Assembly (NCBI GenBank): GCA_965203295.1
Contig: CBDBCZ010000019.1
Coordinates: 1,216,001-1,280,000 of the forward strand
Reading direction: 5' to 3'
Length of the DNA: 64,000 bases
Source of the DNA: Nitrospirales bacterium
Lineage (GTDB): Bacteria > Nitrospirota > Nitrospiria > Nitrospirales > UBA8639
The notes below the pieces were generated by a model. It saw only the letters and a list, made by a program, of their open reading frames with translations, was not told where the DNA came from and made no database searches. Shown here in pieces: positions 10,350 through 20,185 of this stretch (within the stretch, counting starts at the first letter, position 1; each line of letters begins with the position of its first letter). The position numbers and the translations under genes are program-made.

Positions 10350-11354
10350 TTAGACTCTCATCCATTGGTGAATTTTTTTTAAGACCGTTTCCGGCTGGAT
10401 ATAGCTTATACAATTCTGTGTGCATTGGTCTCGTCGGTAGCAACGCTGGCAGATGTCGCCTTCTCGCAGGACGGTGGAATATTTTCCTACTGGCCCGATA
10501 CGTACTTCATCTGTTGGCCCGAATAACGCGATCAGAGGGACATGGAGTGCGCTTGCCAGATGCATGGGGAAACTATCGCCTGTCAAGAGCAGACGCGATT
10601 TCTTCATCAATTCCGCAAATTCCAATAGCGTTAACTCTCCAGCGAGATTGACGACTAAGCGGCCATTGACCTGGGCAGTCAATCGATCAATGTCTTTTCT
10701 CCTATCAGGCAGCCCAGTGAGGACGATGAGAATATCCCTAGGTAAGCTGTTGATCACGGCTTGAAATTTATCGAGACCCCAGTTTTTTGTCTCCCATCGG
10801 GTAAACGGGCTGATGATCAGGATCTTTTTGTTGTCAGGATTAATACGCTTGAGCAAGTCATCAATCGTCTGTTCTTCCTCATTTGAAGTAAAAATCTCCA
10901 TTTCTGAATTTTTGACTTGGATACCCGCTATCTCTAGGACATGATCCATCTCTTTGATGGCATGAATCTCCGGCTTTTTGAAACGATTCAGAAATAACCA
11001 ACGACCTTTCACATATTTCCTTTTTGCTTTTGCCGCATAGAGATAAAAGACAGACTTCAGTCTGCCTTGAAGGTCAAAGGCTAGGTCGTAATGGGTACTC
11101 CGTATTTCTTTTAATAGAGCAAAGATATGACGAATGACCCAAGCAGGGTTTCTCTTCCAGTCACGTTTGACTCTGTCTTTTTCGAACACTAGAAGCGTAT
11201 CGATGTTTTTGTTATGCTTAAAAATCTCGTACGAAGGTTGGGCGGTTATCATGGTGATTGTGCTGTCAGGAAAGCTTTCCCTCAGTGTTCTGATGTGCCC
11301 CGTCGAATGAAGTACATCCCCAAGAGATGAGAGTTTTATCACCAGAATATTCAA
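10350..11354 (-). CDS. LPS heptosyltransferase, GT9
   Basis: ILVIKLSSLGDVLH, FDLQG, TGDSFPMHLASA, LFGPT; probable TTG start at 11354 after AAGGAG. Confidence 0.88.
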   Translation of the reverse strand: MNILVIKLSSLGDVLHSTGHIRTLRESFPDSTITMITAQPSYEIFKHNKNIDTLLVFEKDRVKRDWKRNPAWVIRHIFALLKEIRSTHYDLAFDLQGRLKSVFYLYAAKAKRKYVKGRWLFLNRFKKPEIHAIKEMDHVLEIAGIQVKNSEMEIFTSNEEEQTIDDLLKRINPDNKKILIISPFTRWETKNWGLDKFQAVINSLPRDILIVLTGLPDRRKDIDRLTAQVNGRLVVNLAGELTLLEFAELMKKSRLLLTGDSFPMHLASALHVPLIALFGPTDEVRIGPVGKYSTVLREGDICQRCYRRDQCTQNCISYIQPETVLKKIHQWMRV

Positions 11355-11398
11355 ATCGATCGCACTCCTTTTAGACAAAACACTATATAATATTACGT

Positions 11399-11995
11399 AT
11401 GACCTCGCAAACGACGACATTTAATTTTTCCGAATTGCGTGCCTTGCAACTTCATGACGATCCCTATCGCTATGTAGTCCATGGCCCGAACGTGCTTGAT
11501 CCTGAGATGTTCGAGGTCCTTTGTAAGAATTTCCCTGTGACGAGCAAGGTTGGCCATAACGAAGTCAAAGATGTGACGATGTGTCAAGAATGGAAAGCGT
11601 TTATAGACGAAATTCATTCTTCGGCCTATCGAGAGGCCATGGAATCAATCACGGGTTTACAGCTTTCTTCCTTTGAAGTCGGTATTGGCATTCGACATCT
11701 CAGTAAACTCTCCCATGGCTCACCACATGCGGATGTTCCTCGGAAGAAAGTGACGCACCTTATTTATTTCAACGAGGAATGGCCGCACGAAACGGGTAGG
11801 CTGCGAGTCCTCTGTTCTAAAAACCTAGACGATGTCCACGAAACCATTACTCCGTTGAAAGGGACGGGCCTCATATTTGTCGTGAGCAAAAATTCATTTC
11901 ACGGCTTCGAGCCATTCGAAGGGGTTCGGAATGCCATCCAGATTAATTTTGAAGAAACGAGTTTCTTCAGCAAGATATTTTCTACGTACGAATAG
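11399..11995 (+). CDS. 2OG-Fe(II) oxygenase family protein
   Basis: PHAD (HxD), distal SFHGF and RNAIQINF. Confidence 0.8.
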   Translation: MTSQTTTFNFSELRALQLHDDPYRYVVHGPNVLDPEMFEVLCKNFPVTSKVGHNEVKDVTMCQEWKAFIDEIHSSAYREAMESITGLQLSSFEVGIGIRHLSKLSHGSPHADVPRKKVTHLIYFNEEWPHETGRLRVLCSKNLDDVHETITPLKGTGLIFVVSKNSFHGFEPFEGVRNAIQINFEETSFFSKIFSTYE

Positions 11996-12206
11996 ACTCC
12001 TCGCGACATTTCTTGATTAAGTTTTCCCCTCCATTAGCTATCTTCTTACAGTTGACAGGGTACTAAAACTCGGGCCAGTGAAAACGCGCTGAGCGCGTGA
12101 GCTTACTTTTGACCAAAGGTTTGTCCATATTTTTCAGGGTAGCTCAGATTCATGAGCCTAAAGCGTTCTTACTAGCGAAGTGAGCAGACTGTGAGAGAAG
12201 ATTATC

Positions 12207-12986
12207 TCAGGATCGCGCAGACTGTTTTCTGGCTAATTCCCAGAACTTTGCGTATTTAATGAAGGTATAATAGGCGTATAAACCCGAAAGGATAAAGCCC
12301 GGCATTCCATCCAAAAATCCGGCGCGAAACAGGTACATCTTGAGAAACGTAAAACTGGGGTGTGTGAGTAATTGGTGTATCCGAAACCGCCGCCCCTGGT
12401 CGAGCATTCGCTGAGCCATCAGATCCGTGTAGCGGTCCATTTTCCCTAGATAATGTTTAAGATCCCTAAAGGGGAACTGAAGCACATGTTCTTTTAAATA
12501 GCCGATTCGACCGTTAAGTTCGAACCCTTCATGGACGAGATGGTCACGGTACTGCATCCGATCTTTTCGGAAGAACTGAGGTTGGCGGTAATCCGGATAC
12601 CACCCGCAATGACGAATCCATTGGTCAAGGAAATAGTTTTGCCTGGGAACAAAATAGGCGTCTGCTTGTGGCCCTTCCTGTAGAGTTCGCCGTATTTCCT
12701 GTTGAATCTCAGGAGTCGTTCGTTCATCCGTGTCCAGACTGAAAATCCAGTTATAAGAGGCATGGGATAAGGCTTCATTGCGGAGCCGTCCAAACCCTTT
12801 AAATTCATGCTGAAAGACTTTGTCGGTAAACTCTCTGGCAATTTTTGCGGTGGCATCGGTACTGAATGAGTCGACGACAATCAATTCATCCACCCAATCC
12901 AATGATTCCAGGCAAGGCCTCATGTAGGGTTCATCATTGTATGCGATCACAACCGCAGAAATTTTTGGAGTTTCGATAGGAACCAT
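12207..12986 (-). CDS. glycosyltransferase family 2 (WaaE/KdtX-like LPS core glucosyltransferase)
   Basis: VVDSFSTDAT, WIFSLDTDE, GWYPDY, GFLDGMPG, YTFIKYAK. Confidence 0.9.
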   Translation of the reverse strand: MVPIETPKISAVVIAYNDEPYMRPCLESLDWVDELIVVDSFSTDATAKIAREFTDKVFQHEFKGFGRLRNEALSHASYNWIFSLDTDERTTPEIQQEIRRTLQEGPQADAYFVPRQNYFLDQWIRHCGWYPDYRQPQFFRKDRMQYRDHLVHEGFELNGRIGYLKEHVLQFPFRDLKHYLGKMDRYTDLMAQRMLDQGRRFRIHQLLTHPSFTFLKMYLFRAGFLDGMPGFILSGLYAYYTFIKYAKFWELARKQSARS

Positions 12987-13237
12987 TATCTCTCTCTCAT
13001 TCTCGCAAAAACTCTATTTTAACTGCTTGCACTCAAACCTACTACCAGTCTTCTTTGACTCTTGGACCACTCAAGACGTTTTGGAAACACAATACTGTCT
13101 ATCGCGTCTAGACTTATGCAGCGAGTGCAAAGACGGATCAAAATCTCTTAATTGACACTTTGGTTAGTTTACTTTTGGGGAGGGTTGTTTAGGCAAGTTC
13201 CTAGACGAACCTATGGGAGTAGAAGCACCAAAACGAA

Positions 13238-13453
13238 TCAAGCGTTTCCTTGAGGCGAGTCCGGAGAACTAGACGATTCCGATTTTTCTTGAAATTCTTT
13301 GACCAGTTGGGCGAGATTTTCAACTTTTTTGTAGTGGGGATGATCAGGAGGAAGCGGATTGCCATCCTCATCGGTTAAAAGGTCCTGCATCCCTTCAAAA
13401 AGAGCATCCATTTCAGGTAGGGGGCCTTGGGGTTGTTTAAATTTTCCCATCAT
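13238..13453 (-). CDS. small acidic hypothetical protein
   Basis: 71-aa ORF with GGAGG RBS directly upstream. Confidence 0.6.
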   Translation of the reverse strand: MMGKFKQPQGPLPEMDALFEGMQDLLTDEDGNPLPPDHPHYKKVENLAQLVKEFQEKSESSSSPDSPQGNA

Positions 13454-13585
13454 GTCCTCCAGAAGTCATAGGCCAATAGAATGTGAGAAAAGAGGATTCT
13501 TTCCTAAAAGCTTTCAACTTTAACAAGTACTCATGGGATGGAGCAAGCGACATGTCAAGGAAATAAAGAAGACAAGGTTAACTGC

Positions 13586-14224
13586 TTACCCTTTTTTGTG
13601 GTTTTGAAGGATCCTTTTAATGAGCGTACGAAGGTTATCGGTATTTAAGTATTCTACTCTGATATTGCCATTCAACACCACGGTTGGGGTGTGTTTCACG
13701 CCAATCCGTTCTCCCCATGCTATGCCTTTTTCAAGTTGTTGGTAAGGTTTCCCGGTTGCCATCCCTTCTTCAAACTCTTGGACATCGAGGCCGATTTCTC
13801 GAATCAATACGGACCGCATGCTTTTGTCAAAGACATGGATATTCTCTTTGTGGATAGTTTTGAACAAGACGTGTTTCATGGCTGGGCCTTTTCCCATCGC
13901 CTTCGCTTGTTCATACATTTCAAAGGCCGTTGGGAGTTTTCCCGGCATGACGGGGAATCCAATCAATTGAACCTCGAGTTGATCCCCAAATTCTTTTTTC
14001 AATTTGGAGACCACCACTTTTTCAAACATATGGCAATGAGGACAGTAAAAATCAGCAAATTCGAGGAGGAGGACCTTCCCTGGTTCACCAAGAGACGGTT
14101 CTTTCTCCATTTTTTGATATTTGCCGGGAAGATCGTTCGTGGCTGCCTTGGTGTGTAACTCGAGATTGATCATCAATGCACAAAAAACTCCTATCACTAG
14201 ACCGATTGCCTTCATGCCTCTCAT
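13586..14224 (-). CDS. DsbA-family thiol:disulfide oxidoreductase
   Basis: Signal peptide, EFADFYCPHC, GVKHTPTVVLNG cis-Pro loop. Confidence 0.85.
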   Translation of the reverse strand: MRGMKAIGLVIGVFCALMINLELHTKAATNDLPGKYQKMEKEPSLGEPGKVLLLEFADFYCPHCHMFEKVVVSKLKKEFGDQLEVQLIGFPVMPGKLPTAFEMYEQAKAMGKGPAMKHVLFKTIHKENIHVFDKSMRSVLIREIGLDVQEFEEGMATGKPYQQLEKGIAWGERIGVKHTPTVVLNGNIRVEYLNTDNLRTLIKRILQNHKKG

Positions 14225-14576
14225 AATTACCCCTTCTTGTGATCGTTGCGCCTTGCTGTGTTGCAGAATAGTGAAAAATCTTTCATGCAGGTGTGGTCGT
14301 GGCTTATTAAAGACTCAACTTACTGTACTGTTCCCTTTAACAGTTTAAGTTTTTAACGAATCTTGGTAGGTATTATACTCTGTCGATGTCTTTCAATGAA
14401 GGGTCGATTGGCACAAAATCCAGGTGTAACCTTTACAAAGGATAGGTTTCTGCATCATAAATCGTTTTCGCTATTGAATTTTCGTGTAAGGTCGTTTATT
14501 TGAGACAGGCAGGCTCACATTGATTTCGTAACATCCTAGTTGGATGAGCGAATTGTTGCGTTGAGGGGAGGTATCA

Positions 14577-14897
14577 ATGAAGGTAGTCAGTTTGGCCGAT
14601 TTCCAGGAGTTTTCCAGCGAAAAATTGAAAAAGCACAATTTATTCCAGACCCCTAAGTTTTTCTGTGATGTCTATTGTTTTGAGCCGGGCCAAACACAAA
14701 AGGGGCATGTTCATGCCGATCAAGACAAAGTGTATTTAGTATTGGAGGGGGAAGGTACGTTTCAGGTCGGAACGCAAGAGCAAGTTCTGGGACCTGGGCA
14801 CGGAACCCTTGCTGCGGCAGGGGAGGAACACGGAGTCATGAATCACTCAGATGCACGACTCCGTGTGTTGGTGTTTATGGCCCCTAATCCCGAGTGA
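14577..14897 (+). CDS. cupin domain protein
   Basis: GHVHADQDKVYLVLEGEG...AGEEHGVMN; GGAGG RBS. Confidence 0.88.
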   Translation: MKVVSLADFQEFSSEKLKKHNLFQTPKFFCDVYCFEPGQTQKGHVHADQDKVYLVLEGEGTFQVGTQEQVLGPGHGTLAAAGEEHGVMNHSDARLRVLVFMAPNPE

Positions 14898-14925
14898 ACG
14901 GGAAACGAACAGAGGTTTAAGAAAC

Positions 14926-15945
14926 TTAATTTGTCGTGGCGAGACTCTTAAAAATCATGGGGTCATCTTCTCCCGACACCGATAAGATTCCCACTGCTCC
15001 CTTGGCGACACGAAAGATGCTGTGATCCAACAGCAAATAATCCCCCGCGACATCAGCTTTGAATTCCACGATGGTCGTACCAGCTGAAGGTACCAATGTG
15101 GTTTGAACATTATGGTTCACGAGACCACCAATGGCCCCTTCTACGTATACAGTATCAAAAATTTCCCCGATGATATGAAACGATGACGCATAATTTGGTC
15201 CAATATTACCAAAAAAGACGCGAACCGTTTCTCCTGTCTTTGCTTGTAACACGTTCTCACCTGTTAACGCTCCTGGTTTCCCATTGAGCACGACAAAATC
15301 CGGATGTTCAGCAAGTCCCTTCTCCATCGATAACTCCAGCACATTTGGGTCTTTGCTCGCTTTGGTAAAAAATTCGCTCTGAAGGACATAGAATTCTTTG
15401 TCTACTCGGGGAAGGCCATTCTGTGGCTCGACGAGGACCATGCCGTACATCCCATTGGCAATATGAGCCGGAATATTCGGGACTGTTGACGCACAATGAT
15501 ACATATACAGCCCGGGATTGAGGGTTTTAAATGAGAAGGCGGCTCCCTTGCCAGGGCCGCTCAGATTCACCGCTGCTCCTCCTCCCGGTCCATTGACAGC
15601 ATGGAGATCAATATTGTGCGGAAATGTGTTGCCAGCGTGATTTTTTAAGTGTAATTCAACAGTATCTCCTACGCGAACTCGAATCATAGGGCCTGGCACC
15701 GTTCCGTTGAAGCTCCAGAATTTGTACTGTTTTCCATCAGCAAACTCACCTTGATATTCCTTGGCCTCTAAGTTCACTACGACATGTGCGGGAGCAGAAC
15801 GAGTAATGGGGGGAGGGACTTTCGGGGCTGTGGTGAGTTGTGCATTGATTTTTTCACCCATTGCCCAGGTTGAGCTGAGGATCAAACCAAAGCTCATGAG
15901 TACGAAAAACACACTTAACAGGGAAAAAAATCTGAGATGTCGCAT
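14926..15945 (-). CDS. nirK: copper-containing nitrite reductase
   Basis: Signal peptide; PHNIDLHAV, YHCAS...HIANGMYG, SSFHIIGEIFD and LDHS motifs, with the Cu ligands intact. Confidence 0.96.
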   Translation of the reverse strand: MRHLRFFSLLSVFFVLMSFGLILSSTWAMGEKINAQLTTAPKVPPPITRSAPAHVVVNLEAKEYQGEFADGKQYKFWSFNGTVPGPMIRVRVGDTVELHLKNHAGNTFPHNIDLHAVNGPGGGAAVNLSGPGKGAAFSFKTLNPGLYMYHCASTVPNIPAHIANGMYGMVLVEPQNGLPRVDKEFYVLQSEFFTKASKDPNVLELSMEKGLAEHPDFVVLNGKPGALTGENVLQAKTGETVRVFFGNIGPNYASSFHIIGEIFDTVYVEGAIGGLVNHNVQTTLVPSAGTTIVEFKADVAGDYLLLDHSIFRVAKGAVGILSVSGEDDPMIFKSLATTN

Positions 15946-16004
15946 GTTGTAAAAGGCTCCTTTTTACTTAAAAAGATCTATAAAAGGCCTAATATTTCAG
16001 TGAC

Positions 16005-16046
16005 ATAATATGAAGTCCTGAATGAGAAAAACATGATCTATATCAT
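16005..16046 (-). promoter_or_regulatory. FNR/DNR-like box and -10 element of the nirK promoter
   Basis: Palindrome ATGAT-CTAT-ATCAT at 16033-16046 (consensus TTGAT-N4-ATCAA), flanked by AAAA/TTTT; minus-strand TATTAT at 16010-16005. Confidence 0.75.
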
Positions 16047-16074
16047 ATTTTCTTGATTTTTTCATGTAGGGCCA

Positions 16075-16773
16075 CTAGTGGGACACTCCGATATGTGGGC
16101 GAGTCTTGAAATTTTGCATAAATCCGTGAGAATGAGACGTTTGGCTGTGCCTACAATCAACCCCTGTTGCTTAAGCCGACTCATGATGGGTAGCAGTTTC
16201 AACCGTCAGTCCTGCCATATCTGCGAGGTCCTTACGAGTCAGGCGTATCGTGAGACGAATGCCCTCTGCTTCCTGTACCCCGGCTTTATCGGCCAGATTG
16301 ACTATAATAGAGGCGATGCGCTGTTCTGCTCGGTCAAAGGCAAATGCCTTTGCATGCTCTTGGGCTTCCCTCAGTCGATGACCCAAATAGGAAATCACCT
16401 GAATAGCAGCCTCCGGATTCCTGCGAAGGATGTCATAATACGCCTGTTTTTTGATCTTTAAAATTCTGGCGTGATCCATGACCTTTGCACATCCAGGATG
16501 GGGGGAGCCATCAAATACTGCAGCCTCGCAACAGAACAGATCACCAGGCATAAGGAATTTTAACGTGACATCTCGTCCATCAGGTGAAGATTTGACGCAT
16601 TTGACGGTTCCTTCTTTCACGATATGAAACCATTCAGTCGGATCTCCTTCCCGGAAGACGTACTCTCCTTTGGCATAATCGGACTCGATTAGGTTACTGG
16701 CCAGTTCCTGTTGGAATGAATCAGGGAGGTCGTTAAAAAAAGGAAGGGAACGAAGAGGGTCCTTTTCGGACAT
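16075..16773 (-). pseudogene. Crp/Fnr family regulator frameshifted in the HTH recognition helix
   Basis: cNMP-like domain (VFREGDP...IVKEGTVK) and LTRKDLADMAGLTVETA; shift near 16188; the true end IMSRLKQQGLIVGTAKRLILTDL continues in another frame to TAG 16075. Confidence 0.9.
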
Positions 16774-16778
16774 GTGGG

Positions 16779-18671
16779 CTATAGCAGTTGTCTGACAGTT
16801 TCGATAATTGCGCGGGAACTGATTCCATATCGGTCCAAAAGTTCCGCGGACTTTCCACTATGAGGGATTTCTCGAATAGCCAGCTTCTTAATACGCACTT
16901 CTTCGGAGGCCAAAGCATTGAGGACGGCATCGCCAAGTCCACCGTGGGCGTAATGGTCTTCAACGGTCAACACTCGACGGTTTGTTGCCATGGCGCAGTC
17001 CCGAAGAGTCTTTTGATCAATGGGGACGATACTGTACAAGTCGATCACTCGAACGGAAATCCCCTCTGAGTTCAATTGTTCATAGGATTTGAGAACTTCA
17101 AAAAGGGTCACGCCGGCTGAGATGATCGTCAGTTTGTCCTCCTGACTTTGTCGCAACACTTTACATCCCCCGATTGGAAATGCCTCGTTGGCATCATACA
17201 AGACGGGAGTTTTTGGACGACTCGTCCTCATGTACACCATACCCTTATGGTTCGCCATCTCGTTAACAAGGTGATGAGTGGACACGGCGTCGGAAGGGTA
17301 GAGGACCACGGCACCAGGCTGTGATGCCATCATGGCGATATCCTCAAGGCCCATTTGAGAAGGGCCATCTTCACCAATACTCACACCCGCGTGGGATCCC
17401 ATCATTTTAATATTGGACTGACTAATGGCTGCCATCCTGATGAAATCGTAAGCTCGTGTCAAAAAACACGCAAAGGTAGCCGCAAACGGAATCTTCCCAC
17501 AGGCTGCCAAACCAGCGGCAGCCCCAATCATATTTTGTTCAGCAATGAAATTTTCAAAAAATCGATCGGAGAACTTTTGAGCAAATTTCTCCGTAAACGT
17601 AGAATTTTTCACATCGGCATCCAACGCGACGACTGTAGGATTCACTTCCCCTAAAAGAGCCAGGGCTGACCCAAATGCCTCTCGTGTGGCGACAGAGTCA
17701 TTTTTCGAATAAGTCGGGAGGGGTAATCGAGCCGTTCGAGCTACACTCTCATCAACATATGGCGGCGAGGGAATTGTGAGTTCGGCGGTAGAGGGAGTGA
17801 GTTGCGTGGTGAGTGTTGCAATCGCATCCTCTGCTTGTTGTGCACTGAGGGGTTTCCCATGCCCATTCAGTCGGTCTTCAAAATCAGGAAGACCACTTCC
17901 CTTCAATGTCTTGGCCAGTAACACCGTTGGGGCTCCTTTGTGCAATGTGGCTTCTTCAAAGGCTTTTAACAATGCGGCATGGTCATGACCGTCCACCACG
18001 AGGGTGTGCCACCCAAACCCCTTCCAACGCGCTTGATACAGATCGAGGTTATGTCCCAAGCTCGTGGGATCAGATTGCCCTAGCCGGTTAATGTCGATAA
18101 TGGCACAAAGATTATCGAGTTGGTTGTATCTGGCAATTTCTGCAGCTTCCCAAACTGATCCTTCTAGAGATTCGCCATCTCCTAGGAGAACGTAGACCCG
18201 ATATCCCGCTTGGTCTAAACATTTGGCATTAAGCGCAATGCCGACTCCGGCACACAAGCCTTGACCTAACGAACCTGTAGCAACATCGACAAACGATAAT
18301 CGTGGAGTCGGATGGCCTTCCAGATCAGAAGTCAATGTCCGCAATTGAAGAAGGTCAGACTTGGGGAACAACCCTGCTTCAGCCCAAGCTGCATAAAGAA
18401 GAGGAGCCGCATGACCTTTGGATAAGACAAATCGATCATTGCCGGAATGTTTGGGATTCGTGGGGTCAAACCGCATCACTCCAAAAAATAACGTGGCCAT
18501 GATATCCGCCGCGGAACAACAACTTGTTGGATGCCCACTTCCAGCTTTCGTGGTTGCACGTATACTTTCAATTCGGAGATGAAGACTTTTATTCTTGATC
18601 GCGGGAATAAGAGGAGAAGATTTCACAGTCGGCTCGGTGACTTGCTTCATCGTAGCTGGTTGAGGATTCAT
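16779..18671 (-). CDS. tkt: transketolase
   Basis: SGHPTS, LSKGHAAP, GSLGQG, GDGESLEG, IAEQNM, GEDGPSQ. Confidence 0.95.
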   Translation of the reverse strand: MNPQPATMKQVTEPTVKSSPLIPAIKNKSLHLRIESIRATTKAGSGHPTSCCSAADIMATLFFGVMRFDPTNPKHSGNDRFVLSKGHAAPLLYAAWAEAGLFPKSDLLQLRTLTSDLEGHPTPRLSFVDVATGSLGQGLCAGVGIALNAKCLDQAGYRVYVLLGDGESLEGSVWEAAEIARYNQLDNLCAIIDINRLGQSDPTSLGHNLDLYQARWKGFGWHTLVVDGHDHAALLKAFEEATLHKGAPTVLLAKTLKGSGLPDFEDRLNGHGKPLSAQQAEDAIATLTTQLTPSTAELTIPSPPYVDESVARTARLPLPTYSKNDSVATREAFGSALALLGEVNPTVVALDADVKNSTFTEKFAQKFSDRFFENFIAEQNMIGAAAGLAACGKIPFAATFACFLTRAYDFIRMAAISQSNIKMMGSHAGVSIGEDGPSQMGLEDIAMMASQPGAVVLYPSDAVSTHHLVNEMANHKGMVYMRTSRPKTPVLYDANEAFPIGGCKVLRQSQEDKLTIISAGVTLFEVLKSYEQLNSEGISVRVIDLYSIVPIDQKTLRDCAMATNRRVLTVEDHYAHGGLGDAVLNALASEEVRIKKLAIREIPHSGKSAELLDRYGISSRAIIETVRQLL

Positions 18672-18742
18672 GGTTCTGAAATCGCTTTGCCACGATAAGC
18701 CAGGCTACGGTACCAAACGCCTTTCCCCTCCGTCAATCTGAC

Positions 18743-18785
18743 AGGCTGTTGAAAAAGCCCACTAAGGCAGACTGCAGGCCGTGAG
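18743..18785 (+). repeat. degenerate MITE-like terminal repeat
   Basis: aggctgttgaaaaa, identical to the 14-mer at 39022. Confidence 0.45.
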
Positions 18786-18800
18786 GAGATTTGCCGGCCA

Positions 18801-20177
18801 TCAGTTTGGAGTGTTCAGAAACTCCAAGTCTGAAGGGATCTGTGACAGAATCTGGGAACGAGTTTGGTAAACACCGGGAAGACCCTTACCCAGAGCATAA
18901 ACAAGGCCGCTTTCTCTCTTTCCTAAAAGCAGCCGTCCCCCTGTTTGTCCTTGTTGATCAATTCCGATGATCTCGACATGAGGGTTGGATAATCCATAAT
19001 GATCGAGGTTGTTTTCTTCACTCTCCGCTCGAAGTTCCGCTGGTAAATCCATAACTCGGCTCACAAAAAGGTTCGCAACTTGCTGATTGACTGCGGATTC
19101 TGGTTGATTCTCAAGGATCCACTTCTGATGTTGTTGGATAAGCATAAACGTCCGAGTTTTGGTCTTAACTTTCAAAAGACCAATATCGTTCACCTCCATG
19201 CCAAACAACCGTTTGTCTTGCAAATCAAATTGTCCCTTAGGAAGGGCTCGAAGTATCGATGGATTTATTCTATAAATTGGACCCTCACGATTTCTGATCG
19301 CATAGGCGGCGCTGTTACCGGAATTGAGCCTGAAAAATGAGGCCGACTGTTTTTTATTTCCGAAATGTACGGAAAGCGTCGTGACAGGATCTGTGAACTG
19401 TCCGAGGAGTTTCTGATGTTCAGGTCCAGTGTCAATGAATCCGATTGCCTGCAGATCTTCAAGAGCCATGAGCAGCATTCCCACAGCAGTCTTATCTGCT
19501 GGGGTATCGACTGGAGAACGAAACCGCCAGTTCCCTGATGCACCATGAGCTGAAGGGGTTTGATAGAGAATCAGTGTCTCGGATCCGTGCTGGACTTGAA
19601 ATTCTTTCACCATGTTACGATCGAATGAAAAAAGCTCTTTTCTTCTGAATGTATAGAGTGTTTTTTTGCGAAAATCTTTGACAGAGAGAGTCGTGAGCAG
19701 AACTTTTCCATCTGAAGCTCTTTGTGCGTAAAGATTCGAGGAAATGGGATCCACGTCCCCAAGAGATAGCGTTTCGGCTTGGGATGTCGTGTGAAGAGAA
19801 AGGGTCGTGTAAGGAGGAGCAAGGCCGTACTGAGATAAGCTTTGGGAACTCACCTGGCCATCTTCTTGGATCGTTCTGAGAACTTTCCCGATGGTAATGG
19901 CCCTTAAGAGATTTTGAACAGTACGCGAATCACCTTTGGTGACAATAGGCTTTTGAATCATCCAACGATAGTAGTCATCTCGAACCATTTCAATGGTCTC
20001 ATCTCGCGAGCGAAATGTGAGTTTGATCACCTCTCGGTCGTCAAATGGCAAAATGCGTTGGAGTTCTTGTTCCTGAGCCTCTTCAATTTCGATGCTCGGA
20101 ACTTCCACGAAATATATGTAGGTTCCAAGGACAGCAAAAACCAGTCCCAGTAAGATCGTCGTCTGGAATGATTTCAT
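18801..20177 (-). CDS. DUF4340-like protein of the Gld-type ABC operon
   Basis: N-terminal TM; repeated units with YGLxxP (QYGLAPP, HYGLSNP); last gene of the operon. Confidence 0.8.
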   Translation of the reverse strand: MKSFQTTILLGLVFAVLGTYIYFVEVPSIEIEEAQEQELQRILPFDDREVIKLTFRSRDETIEMVRDDYYRWMIQKPIVTKGDSRTVQNLLRAITIGKVLRTIQEDGQVSSQSLSQYGLAPPYTTLSLHTTSQAETLSLGDVDPISSNLYAQRASDGKVLLTTLSVKDFRKKTLYTFRRKELFSFDRNMVKEFQVQHGSETLILYQTPSAHGASGNWRFRSPVDTPADKTAVGMLLMALEDLQAIGFIDTGPEHQKLLGQFTDPVTTLSVHFGNKKQSASFFRLNSGNSAAYAIRNREGPIYRINPSILRALPKGQFDLQDKRLFGMEVNDIGLLKVKTKTRTFMLIQQHQKWILENQPESAVNQQVANLFVSRVMDLPAELRAESEENNLDHYGLSNPHVEIIGIDQQGQTGGRLLLGKRESGLVYALGKGLPGVYQTRSQILSQIPSDLEFLNTPN

Positions 20178-20185
20178 AATTCTGT

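Noticed and set aside
12084..12098. Palindrome acgcgct-g-agcgcgt
   Set aside because: A single short occurrence between convergent genes with no T-tract or promoter context; no function can be supported
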